Shown one piece after another: positions 1 through 11,596 of a stretch of DNA of 38,858 nt; position 1 is the first letter of the stretch, and each line of letters opens with the position of its first letter. Origin of the DNA: Pelomyxa schiedti (taxonomy: Eukaryota > Protista > Evosea). A model generated the notes under the pieces. That model did not search any database and was not told where the DNA came from. It worked only from the letters and a program-made list of their open reading frames with translations. The stretch is from assembly GCA_020536535.1 (NCBI GenBank), contig JAHLWZ010000954.1:1-38858 (forward strand), written 5' to 3'. Made by a program: the position numbers and the translations under genes.

Positions 1-138
1 CGTTCACCACACGCTGCAGCCCACATCATCAACTCGTTTGGCCTCACAATTGACGAATTCCGTGAGTATGTGACTGCACAGTCCAGACACACCTTTGAAG
101 TTTCTGTCATGTTGTGGCTTGCCATGCCTTTGAGTTAA
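1..138 (+). CDS. 3' end of an unknown gene (partial, runs off the left edge)
   Basis: Frame 1 is open from base 1 (RSPHAAAHIINSFGLTIDEFREYVTAQSRHTFEVSVMLWLAMPLS) to TAA at 136-138, converging on the next gene. It is below the ORF-track length cutoff. Confidence 0.35.
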   Translation, partial: RSPHAAAHIINSFGLTIDEFREYVTAQSRHTFEVSVMLWLAMPLS

Positions 139-215
139 GTCTCAGTTCTTTAACGTTTCTCCGGTTTTTTTATTCTCAGCCATGCAATACTGGTTTTAAA
201 GGGCTACCTGGTTAA

Positions 216-1601
216 TCACATGGCACCAAGCTCAGAGAGAAGGAAAGAGTAGTGGGGGTCTAGTGAAAATAGATGGCGGCTATTTTCAGTGCTGAAAAAC
301 TGCAAAGTGATGACATGATAACCAGAGGACTCCTCAGTCACATGCAGTTCCCTTCTGGATTCACTCATTTGGAACAGAAGCCCCCCTTCAACAAATGCGT
401 TGTTGGTTGTGCATCCTTGCAAGCATGACATTTCTCTTATTGGTTTTGAGGTGTCATTGATGTCCCACACATCGTATCTGTCTTTGTGCAAACCGAAAAC
501 ACACAATAGTGAGGGGTCCAGTGGTGACACAAAGCGTGGGAGTCTACTGCCTGGAATGTCTGGAGTTTGTTGCATTCTTCCAGTTCCCTCATCAACTATA
601 ACGAGAGAAGCACTTTTATTAGTATTGCGTTCCACCATGGCAAAGGAGTGTGCACCACCTTGTTTGGTCATAACACACCAAGATTGGAAAGGATAAATCA
701 AAAGGTCAAACTTGTGTGTGGTTTCACTCAACACTGCCAATGATTTTGTTGAGAATGTTTTCTCAATGTCCACCAATACATAATTGAAGTTTCCAGATGC
801 ACCAAGGAAGCAAAGCAAGAGGTGGTCTTGACAACTGGTGTCCCAGTGTAGATCTCTCCAAGGATAGTCAACAACTGGAAGTGGCAAAACAATTGGCTCA
901 GTCAACACGACTTGTCCCCTATCGTTAAGTGCCCTTTTCAAAGGAAGTGGAACAACATGCAGCTCTGAGGAGGCAAGGCAGGCAACCCATTTTCCGTTTG
1001 TGTAATACTCTCCTCGAAACCTCCTCCTTTGGCCAATCATCAGTGACGCCCTCTCCCCAGTCACCGTGTCCTGCAGGTAGCAGCCGCCACCCTCCTCGGG
1101 TTCGTTGACCACCACCAAGTAATGCTGGTTGGCCCCAACTATCTTCTCGCCAATCCCCTGCACCCACGACCTCATTTCGTGCGTCAGCGTCAGCAGCACC
1201 GTCGACACCTCGAACGTAACCATCAACGACGGGTACTGGTGCCCAGTCCCGCACACAACACAGAAGAACCTCGAGTGGCCACTCCGCAGCCACTCCCACA
1301 CCAGCCTCACGACCAACATCCCACAATCCCCCCCACCTCCCCAACAGCTACGCGTCGGCGGCGGCGGGGTTGCCTTCCGCAGTTGGCACGCGGCGCCGCA
1401 CCTCGCGTGAGCACCCATTGCCAGGGCAGCTACTTGGTCCCTCATCGCCAGGCCCCCTGCCATCGTGGTGACGGTTGATGGTTGTGCTCGTACTGTTGAC
1501 GACGACGACACGGCCGTCGGCGACGTTGCTGACGCCGGTTCCTCCCTGTGAGGGCTGGGTTCTGTAATACCCCTGGAAACACTTGCACTGTGTGAATCCA
1601 T
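216..1601 (-). CDS. Intronless hypothetical protein (461 aa), probably from a lineage-specific expanded family
   Basis: Single uninterrupted ORF. The N-terminal motif RDQVAALAMGAHARCG...VVRLVWEWL is followed by a beta-rich region. From memory it resembles the large hypothetical families of Pelomyxa; not verified. Confidence 0.75.
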   Translation of the reverse strand: MDSHSASVSRGITEPSPHREEPASATSPTAVSSSSTVRAQPSTVTTMAGGLAMRDQVAALAMGAHARCGAACQLRKATPPPPTRSCWGGGGDCGMLVVRLVWEWLRSGHSRFFCVVCGTGHQYPSLMVTFEVSTVLLTLTHEMRSWVQGIGEKIVGANQHYLVVVNEPEEGGGCYLQDTVTGERASLMIGQRRRFRGEYYTNGKWVACLASSELHVVPLPLKRALNDRGQVVLTEPIVLPLPVVDYPWRDLHWDTSCQDHLLLCFLGASGNFNYVLVDIEKTFSTKSLAVLSETTHKFDLLIYPFQSWCVMTKQGGAHSFAMVERNTNKSASLVIVDEGTGRMQQTPDIPGSRLPRFVSPLDPSLLCVFGLHKDRYDVWDINDTSKPIREMSCLQGCTTNNAFVEGGLLFQMSESRRELHVTEESSGYHVITLQFFSTENSRHLFSLDPHYSFLLSELGAM

Positions 1602-2217
1602 GGTTATTTGGCAGAGATAATCCCAGTGATGAGAGGACTAACAAACGAAATAATAAGATTTTTCTGTAGCAAGCCTCGGAGCCAATCCACATTAACTACC
1701 AAGAATTCTCTACACAACTGGATATTCCTCCACTTGTACATTACCTCCTTCTACTCCATCAATAATTGTGGAACTTAGAAACTGGCTGTAGAGTGAAGGA
1801 GCAAATAAACTTTAAACTTTCAGACTTTTTTTTGCCTGATTGGTCAATGAGCTTGTATCTCCCTTGCAGCACCATGTTGCTGCCTCAAAAACACCACCAC
1901 TGCATTCCCCACTCGTTTCTGCCCCTCCCTGCACCACCTTGCCCTCCTTGCAGTACTTACTTGGGGCCCACACAAAAGTGGCTTTGCACACTTTTGTGTT
2001 GTTACCTGTTTGCCTAGATGTAGTGTAGCACCTGTTTTGCTTCACAATTCACAATTCCTTTATGCTGGGTCTCCCTAGTACCTGGCAAACACCACCTGGA
2101 AAGCAAATTATGGGATTATGTGTTTGAGTGGCTGGGATTGTGACTGTGGAGTGAATGAGTTTTGGTTTTTCCCCTTCCAAAATGGTCAAATTCCTCCTTT
2201 TCTTTTATGAGTTGCAA

Positions 2218-3877
2218 TCACTCAGAACCATTAACAGAGGGTACTGTGGTATTGTACTCTTCACTGGTATCAGAGTCAGAATCTGATTCAGAACTTGACT
2301 CCTGGAGAACAACTGTGGAGTTAGAACCGTTCTGTGTTTGTGGGGAATTTTGGACAGTGTGAACCAATTCTGTGGGGTGTTCTGTGCTTTCTGGCTGCTC
2401 TGATTGTGATGTGTTGTTTTGTTCAAGAGTGGGCGCTGGAATCCAGAGGTTTCCCTCTGTGTTGAGCACAGCTTTGGCTTGCTTGTTCTTCTTGGCCTTC
2501 CTGCCCTTCTTTGGCTTCTTTTCTTTTTTGCCTATTTTGCGCTTCACCAGTAGGTCTGCAATGTATTGTGGCTCTTGCCCAAGTAATATGCACAAGTCCA
2601 AATATGTTACATTTGGGTATTTGGGAACTTTTGTGGAAGTTGGTGATTTTCTTTCACACAAACAAGGTAGAGAAATGGATGAAGCCCATTCAAGCAAGCA
2701 GGGGTCTTCCTTGTAATTTATCAATACCAGGGCACTTGGAACGATGTTATCTTCGTAAAACGATCTCAGAAGCCGAAAAACTTCGGCAGAAACCCGTCGG
2801 ACACATCCTAGTTGACGCTTGCAGCGAGAAACCTAGTTACTTGTGAGTAGTAACTTGAGCCGAATACTGTGAACAACCTGTAACCACTGTTCCGCGTACT
2901 TGAAAGTTTGTTGGGTGGCCTCACTGATGTGCTGCATAAATATTTTGCAGTTGACAGAAGTTGTGGGCTGGGAAGTTACGGTACTAATGCTACTGAATAA
3001 TGCACTTTGTACAGCAAGTAAATGACCCAAATTGGCCTCAATGGAGTGACCAAAAAGGTTATTGACCAGGCTCACGTCACTATAGTCACACCAAAGTACA
3101 AGAGGTGCGCTCTGTATTCGAGGTGGGTGTGCCGGCTTTGTGACTGCAGATAGAGGGAATGAAACTGGTACTTGTACTTGTGGTGGATGTGCCAGTTCCA
3201 CCTGGTGATATCTTGGTAGAGACTGCAGTGTTTCTGTGCTGCAGCCTGAAGATGAAGCAGCGCTAGTCTCTAAATTCAACGCTGAAACTGTTGCCTGTGT
3301 AATTCGATTCGAGAAAGGTAAATATATACTGGTGTCCAATGGGCTTGATAACACTGATGATGGTGGTGTAACTGGCAGACCAGGGGGAGGAGGGTTCAAG
3401 TTCACCACAAACCTCTGTGGGGTACTTTCTGCTTTGGGTGGTTTTTTTTGTTTTGGAGGTTTTGATTTTGTTAGAGTCACTGCTGCAACTGGGGATGACA
3501 ATGAGGTCGTCGATGACGTAATTTGCTCTGGTTGCTCCTGAAGCATTTGTTTTTGTTGGCATTTCTTCGGTTGTGGTGGGTCCTCAGGAGGGAGTGCAAT
3601 TGTGCACTTCTTGTCACCCAGGTGGATTGGAGAGCTGGCGATCGCCCTTTGCGCTGATTCTTGTTCTTCAAACACCACATAGGCGCGGTGTGGCTTCATT
3701 TTGATGGGTCTTTTCTCCAGTAGGGGTCCGAACTGCTGCATGGCACCCCGCAACATCTCTTCGGTGATTTTGAGACCGATGTTCCCCACCACCACAGCCT
3801 GGCAACAGAGATCATAAACTGTTGGGGATGGAAAAAAGAAAACAGCACACCCGCGGCCCAGGCTTGACCTTTGGCAT
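2218..3877 (-). CDS. RRM-containing protein with Pro/Ser-rich linker and Lys-rich C-terminal region (3' end uncertain, may extend to ~2000)
   Basis: ATG at 3877 (MPKVKPGPR), a GT..AG intron, then an RRM (AVVVGNIG...AYVVFEEQESAQRAI). The TAG at 2833-2835 lies inside a 33-nt GT-AG intron (2840-2808) that joins ORFs 2833-3924 and 2218-2724 in frame. Confidence 0.7.
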
Positions 3878-3933
3878 CCCAAAAGAAAACAAGGTTTTTT
3901 TTGTTTCTTTCTCATAAAGCTCAAGGTGTTTCC

Positions 3934-6900
3934 TCAGGGCGAAGAGGCGTCAATTGTGATGGACCCAAGTTGCACTTCGGATCCTGCACTGAGGTTGGTA
4001 ATTCTAGTTGCTCTCAGTGCGGTCTCCTGCCCACGCCAATACACCCTCATCACAGCAGTGACACCATGCTGCTCGCTAGCAAAACTGGAGCACACACGGC
4101 ACACCACATTGTACACGCCCGGCGATCCCACTGCCGGCAGGACAAAGTTCTCAGGTCCGTAGGCCTCAAAGTCCCGTGTCAGGAATCCGCCCCCAGACTT
4201 GGTCCAATTACAGAACGGGCCGCATCTACCTCCCCCAGGAAGAACGACGACGAGGTCGAGATCGGTCTTGTCGCTGTTCCACTGCAACGTGATTCGCAGA
4301 AGAGGGGGGTTTGCTGGGCACTGGCCAGAGTGCTCCGATGATGCTCCCCAGGTGTCAAAAAGGGCCGAGATCTCTATTTGCTCGAATCTGTTGTCATCCC
4401 ACACTGAGTCATATGGACCTTTTGTTGTGTTGTTGTCAGTGACGACGCTGTAGCACGAGAGGGCTCTGGGTGAGTCTCCAATGTGAAAAAGCAAAATTCT
4501 GCCGAGGTCTATGTGACTCTGGGGCTCATGTGGGCAGATTCTGAGAATTCTTTCATATAGGTGAAGTGCTGTTGTGGTTTGGTTTTTGTTGGGTTTGTGG
4601 TAGGGTTAGGGGAGGGAAATTTAACAACCTTCTTTGAAGTGTTGCCACTCCTCCAGTTTGTAAGCTACCATCCTCATTACTTGGGCATCCTCAAAAGTGA
4701 TTTCCAGAGCAGAAGTCAATATGGAAACAGCATAATCAGGGTCACTTGAAAAATGTGCACTGGCTGCATCAAAAAGGTCTCCTGCACTGGAATAGTGTAA
4801 TACTGGCTGCACAGTAGTAGAAGGCGGACAGTAGGTCATCTTGAAGTTGCGTTGCGGGAGAGAGATAGCATTTGCAGGTTGTGACGATGTTGCGGATATT
4901 ATTGGACTTGCTGTACTGGGTGGTGTAGACTGTCTTGATTCTTTTGGTTCTTCAGCTGTAGCGTCACTTTGTGGACTGGAGAGATAAGCAGGGGGCACAG
5001 AAAAGGCAACTGCACGCCAGACTTCCAATGCTTGTGCTTTGTGTTTGGTTGAACTCGTTTCAACATAGTGGGCACTTCTATTCCAGGCTTCCATACGAGC
5101 ATTTAGAGTCCAACTATCGTGTTGAAAGCCCGTAAAATCGGAGTGCAGATCACATTTATTTCCCACTAAAATCTTCTGGCAATTTATGTGTGAGACGGAG
5201 CCCAAACAGTGGATAGCATGGGTATAAGTATCGGGTCTTGTAACATCAAAGACAGCCACAATGGAAGTTGGGACACCTGTCATTCCATGCTGTAATTCCT
5301 CAGAAAAAAGATGGTCAGTGAGATGGACCAATAGGGCCACTGAATTGGCCGTTTCTTGGTCGACGTATTTCCAGAATTTCATTGTATCCCCTAATGGAGT
5401 TCCTGGTGCTGGCCTTTGCCGAACAAGAAGTGAAAGAAGAGTCCTCTTTCCAACACCTTTGGCCCCCATCAGTAAAATAGTTTTTGGAACGTAACCAGTT
5501 TCGCTAGAAGTGACCTCTCGTTTGTTGAAAGAACTTTTTTTTCTCAGAGACAATCAGAACGCACATTTATCTTACCTCATCCTTTTTGAAAGCTTTTTGG
5601 CTAGGTTTGTTACATCAATGGAGCTCTTATCGAGTTGCTTAGCGAAGGAAGTTTTTCCCACTCCACTATCACCTACAATAGTCATAAAAGGGAGAGGAAA
5701 AACAATCGTAGAAAAGAACAACCAATAATAACAGCCTTGAACAAGCTAGCTTCACTGACCTGGAGAAATCTTTGATATGATTAGAGAAGTTCATGGAGCA
5801 GAAACTCTACTTCTCTAGATTTAAAGAAAGGCTAGGTCTTTCTTAGTGAATTGAAGGGAAGAGTAAATTACGTACAGTTGCACATAGAGTAATTGTAAAG
5901 CAAAATGTGTATCATATTGTTTACAGGAAATTTCACAAAAGGGAGCACCAATTCTGCGAGCAAGGTCATTTCCTTCTTCCGTAGTAACCTTTTTCGATTC
6001 TGTTTAAAATAAAAAGAGAGAGGGTGCTACCATTCTATTAGTTTCCAGGTCCCTCTTATTTCCAACGAGCACAACTCCGACAGACTCACAATTATTAACC
6101 ATCTCTTCTATCCAATGCTGTAAATTGTCGAACGTCTTCCGATTGCTGATATCTTTCCAGAGTTAGTAAAAACTAAAAGAAAATTAGTACCATATACTAG
6201 GAGAACGACATCGGTATTCCGCCAGAAGATACGAGATAGGGACATGAACCTTTCTTGCCCACCTACACAATTGCATTTAGTTGGAAAAAGTATACAGAGG
6301 AAAGTGCCTGGTTCCCATAGTTGAAGTCTACCTAGCTTATCTTCAACCTTGGTTACATACATAGTCAAATATAGCTGTGTAATTATTTTTTTTAACCTTA
6401 TATTCACACTGGTGGAAATCGGCACCTATTGTGGCCTTATACTGGTGTGAGAAACACCTAGGACCCCCATGAGCTATAATTATTGCATCTTCGGTAAGTA
6501 GTTTCACTTCATCATCAGAGAATGGACCTCCTGTAAAACCCTCAATATGCTTAGGAATTTCAGTTTCAGTATTTGGTTCTGTGTCTTTCATTGTAGTCGT
6601 TGATCCTCTTGACTCAGGAGTGGCAATGGTTCCATCAGCAATTCCCGAAGGACATAGTCCCAAAGTAATTTTTGGAGACTCTGTGCTAAGCCCCTTAAGA
6701 ACCACCTGAGGAGTGGGGTGTTTTCGGAAGGAAGCACTTTCTTTTGTGAGTTCCCATGAAGGGCCATACTGAGTGGTATCTCTTTGATTATCAGGAGTTA
6801 TGGGTTTTTCTAGTTGAGGTTTGGGGGCTTCTATTTGTTTAACTACTGCTTTTGGAACAGTGCCCTCTTTAAGAGCTCTCAAGCGTTGCACTAAGTCATC

Positions 6901-9641
6901 TTCAGCTGGCATGGATGTAAGTTGCACTGTGCCACACACGCACTGGGTGCTCAAATCCAGGCCGTGCTCATCGCATATTTGTTGCAGCAGATCATCTACA
7001 GACTCTTCTTCTTCTTCGTGTTCGGCCATTGCGTTAGCAACTACTAGTGGTGATGAAACGTCACCACTAGGGGAGAATTTCTGTAGAAGTTGAAACAGCA
7101 ATGTTGGGTATTCTGAGTTGGAGGTATCAAGACTTGAGAGTGAATGTGCGTTTTCTGAGTCCAACTTAACTGAAGGTAAAAGTTGTTGTGCTTTAAGGCA
7201 AACCACCTTTTCTCTCCTTTGCTTAAGAATCTCATGTGCGAGAACAGTGGCATCTTGCATTTTTCCTTCAGAAATGCATTTCTTTAATTTAAGACGCGTT
7301 TTTTTTTGGTTTCTCTCAATTGACATCAATGTCCTTGACAGAGATCTCTGCAGTGATTTTGTTATAAACTTGGCTTCAAAATCAGAAGGGAGAGACTTCA
7401 CTATCAGCACCGGTTCCAGCAACTGGTTATCTTCTAATGAGTCTCCTTTCATAGTCAGCAAGTTGTGGCGTTGCTTTGAGAGTGGGTTTGGGTGTGGCAT
7501 CATTATATCTTGGACCACCCTTGCCCAGACTTCGCATATTGCCAGTTTTCGGTTATGCTTTTTTTGATGGCGTAATGCTTCGTTCTGGTCCAAAAGCAAG
7601 TGATAGTTTGTGAATAATTCGGATAGGTGGAGAGGAGGTTCCACACGGTGTCTCAAAAACTGATCAACAGTGTGTAGAATCACAAAACTTGTGTGTGATG
7701 TAGCAATGTTATACTGCTTACTGACAGACATAATTTCTTTGGAAACATCTGCTCCTAGCTCCTCTTGCAGTAGCAAGTTTTTCAGTTTGAGTTGTGCCCA
7801 GAGTTGGGGAACGAGACTTTGGGAACGAATTTCATGAGGTACGTCATATGTCCGTTGTACTTCCTCCATGGCACCAGGAAGCACGAAACTCAGAGTAATT
7901 GTGGTCAGTGAGGCACACAACCCCTGGGGCAAGTGGGCAAGCCACTCTAGTTTTCCGTTTGGGGGGATTTTTGTTTTCTTTGGGAAGTCATCATCAAGGA
8001 TATGCTGAAGGTGCTGAGAGATGCCAGCAAATGCAACTCCAAGACCAAGAATGACCCTCACGATCGCCAAACAGCTGGTATTTTGTGTGATAGGGAAAAA
8101 TTGACCACCAGTTGAATCTGCCAAAGCCGATAGCACAGTGGAATTGCAGACTGGAGAGGAGCTGAATGTAAAAAATGGAATACTGGGTCTACAAACTGGG
8201 AGATTTGTGGGGCCCATTGTTGAGAAACCATCTGAGAACAGTAAATATATATCCACATCAGATGTGGTGTCCATGCTGGTGATTGACGAAAAATCAGTTC
8301 CTCCCATGTACTCTGTGGCTTCAATGTTTGCCTTCATGTTCCCCCATTCTGACATGCAGAAAGTGCCTGCCCTTTTACATGAGCCCCTGGAAAAGAAATA
8401 AAGAAGCACTTGAATTGGGTTTAGAGCCTCAACGAGTTCTCCTAAAAGTCTCACCTCCTTTCACATGTATAAGATACCTCTTAGCTGGATTTTGGAATAT
8501 ACCTGTTCTTTATTGTAACAACCGTGACTATAAGAAGAATCCCACAGAACAACAATAGACAATGGATGCTTTGTGGGAGGAGTAGCAGTCGTTGGTGGTG
8601 ATGGATCCCGAAGGAAAAGGAACAATTCTGAGTCAACATCAGACGTCTTTCCAATTACCACAGTGGGCTCTGTGACATAAGACTGGGGCACTGGAATCTC
8701 AATAGAGAGCAAGGAGCTGCGATCATGAAATGTGACAGTGTGCCCTGTTGAGCAGAGCCTGAAGATATCCAATTCCGCAGAGTTGCACTCAAAGGTTGGC
8801 ATCGCTTCATTACAAGAGATACCATGAAAACTAACAATAGGAACGTGATTCCTGTATCCCTGCACAGTCAAAGAAAGTTCAAGATTCTTGAGGACCATTG
8901 TTTCTATTGACAATGGAAGGGGTATTTCCACAAGGAGGTTACAGCTTCCACTGTCAATTTTACAAATATAAGTTATTGAAACCTGTCTTGTACAACCAGG
9001 ATTAAATGGATGTCTTGTGAGGGTAAACAAAAAAAAGTATTCTGGAAGAGAGTGTACATTTTAATGTTGTACAAGTTTCCACCAGACACATTCTGGAGGA
9101 CACTGGAATCCTTCCCCTCTCTTGCTTCAGTCTCAAATGCAACTTTCGCCTTTCTTGGGGGTAAAAGCTGACAAAGGAAAAAAATCTGTGTACTTTTTCT
9201 TTCGTACATAAAACAGCATCAAGCATGGTGCCATCTGGCAGATCAACGGCATATCCACAAACAGATGAACCTAGAAATTTCCCAGCATATAGTGTTACTT
9301 TCATACTTCCAATATCACACATAAAGCTGCCCCAATTGCACTATAGTTGCTAATATCACGCATAAATATCTATCTACTCAACTTAACCCACTTCGCCTCC
9401 CATAATTCCCACACCCTGCAGCCCCAAACACACCCTCCGGCAGCGGAAACATCGCCTCGCCGGTCCAGTCCCCAGACGACGCCGATTTCTCAGAAGAGGG
9501 CGCCTCCGATGGGTTGTGGGAAAACTCGCACGAGATTTGCACTCGTGACATGCCAACAGCAACATCCACAAACGCAGTTGCTTTCACCTTGGTAGCAGCG
9601 AAAATTCGCCCACAGCACACAACAGACATTACGCTCTCCAT
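3934..9641 (-). CDS. Multidomain protein (~1,665 aa, ~14 exons): VIT - vWA - ESCRT-III/Snf7 - permuted Rab-like GTPase - degenerate Ras-like GTPase - TPR - DUF2135/YfaP
   Basis: Exons 9641-9434, 9270-9194, 9149-9058, 9013-8503, 8457-6397, 6347-6308, 6262-6191, 6152-6031, 5988-~5872, one small exon with two in-frame splice options, ~5760-5723, 5672-5576, 5533-4629 and 4568-3934 have consistent phases. Motifs: FPLPEG|SSVCGYAVD, KEK|AKVAFE (VIT); VVLWDSSYS, YMGGTDF, LLFSDG (vWA); QLWAQLKL...TSHTSFVIL; EPQSHIDLG (TPR); LRITLQWNSDKTDLDL...YGPENF (DUF2135). Confidence 0.85.
5005..5485 (-). other. Second, degenerate Ras-superfamily GTPase domain inside the 3934-9641 gene
   Basis: KTILLMGAKGVGKRT (P-loop with R where S/T is expected), VAVFDVTRPDTY, ILVGNKCDL (G4) and YVETSS (G5). 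No DxxG motif is recognisable. Confidence 0.75.
5620..6461 (-). other. Rab7-like GTPase domain with G-motif order G2-G3-G4-G5-G1
   Basis: Spliced sequence: FSHQYKATIGADF (G2), LQLWEPGGQERF (G3), VLVGNKRDL (G4), FCEISCK (G5), then [17 protein letters not shown] (G1/P-loop, split by the intron 5722-5673). Confidence 0.75.
6868..7380 (-). other. ESCRT-III (Snf7 family, CHMP1/Did2- or CHMP2-like) domain inside the 3934-9641 gene
   Basis: FEAKFITKSLQRS...KLKKCISEGKMQDATVLAHEILKQR resembles CHMP1 helices 1-2. EESVDDLLQQICDEHGLDL resembles helix 5, and DDLVQRLRALK resembles a MIM1 motif. All lie within the continuous ORF 6343-8454. Confidence 0.8.
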
Positions 9642-9708
9642 GGCTTTTCACGAAGCCAAAAAAAAACGGATTCCGTGAACAGGAGGAAGTTTTGATGAGT
9701 TTGGTTTA

Positions 9709-11458
<1,750 letters not shown>

Positions 11459-11596
11459 TAAAAAACCAGCACCGGCTATCTCCCTCCTCGCCTCTCGTCA
11501 CCGTACTTCGTGTTTTTGAGAAAATAAAAAACGGTCCCATCAAAGACGAAAAGAGAAAAAGAATCTGCCGTTTAAACAAAGGAAAGAAAGGTGTTG

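Noticed and set aside
2218-3936. TGA/TAG recoding, suggested by in-frame stops at 3934-3936, 2833-2835 and 2218-2220 that are each followed by an open frame
   Set aside because: 2833 lies in a 33-nt GT-AG intron, 2218 can lie in a 48-nt intron, and 3934 matches the natural DUF2135 C-terminus. Trp is TGG throughout, and TGA, TAA and TAG all end genes elsewhere in the window.
4600-4611. TAGGGTTAGGG telomere-like sequence
   Set aside because: Under two units, inside a 60-nt low-complexity intron; expected by chance.
6108-6425. Stand-alone small Rab gene
   Set aside because: No own ATG, P-loop or CAAX end. Its G2 motif is continuous with ORF 6343-8454, and its 3' exons splice on to ORF 4621-5553.
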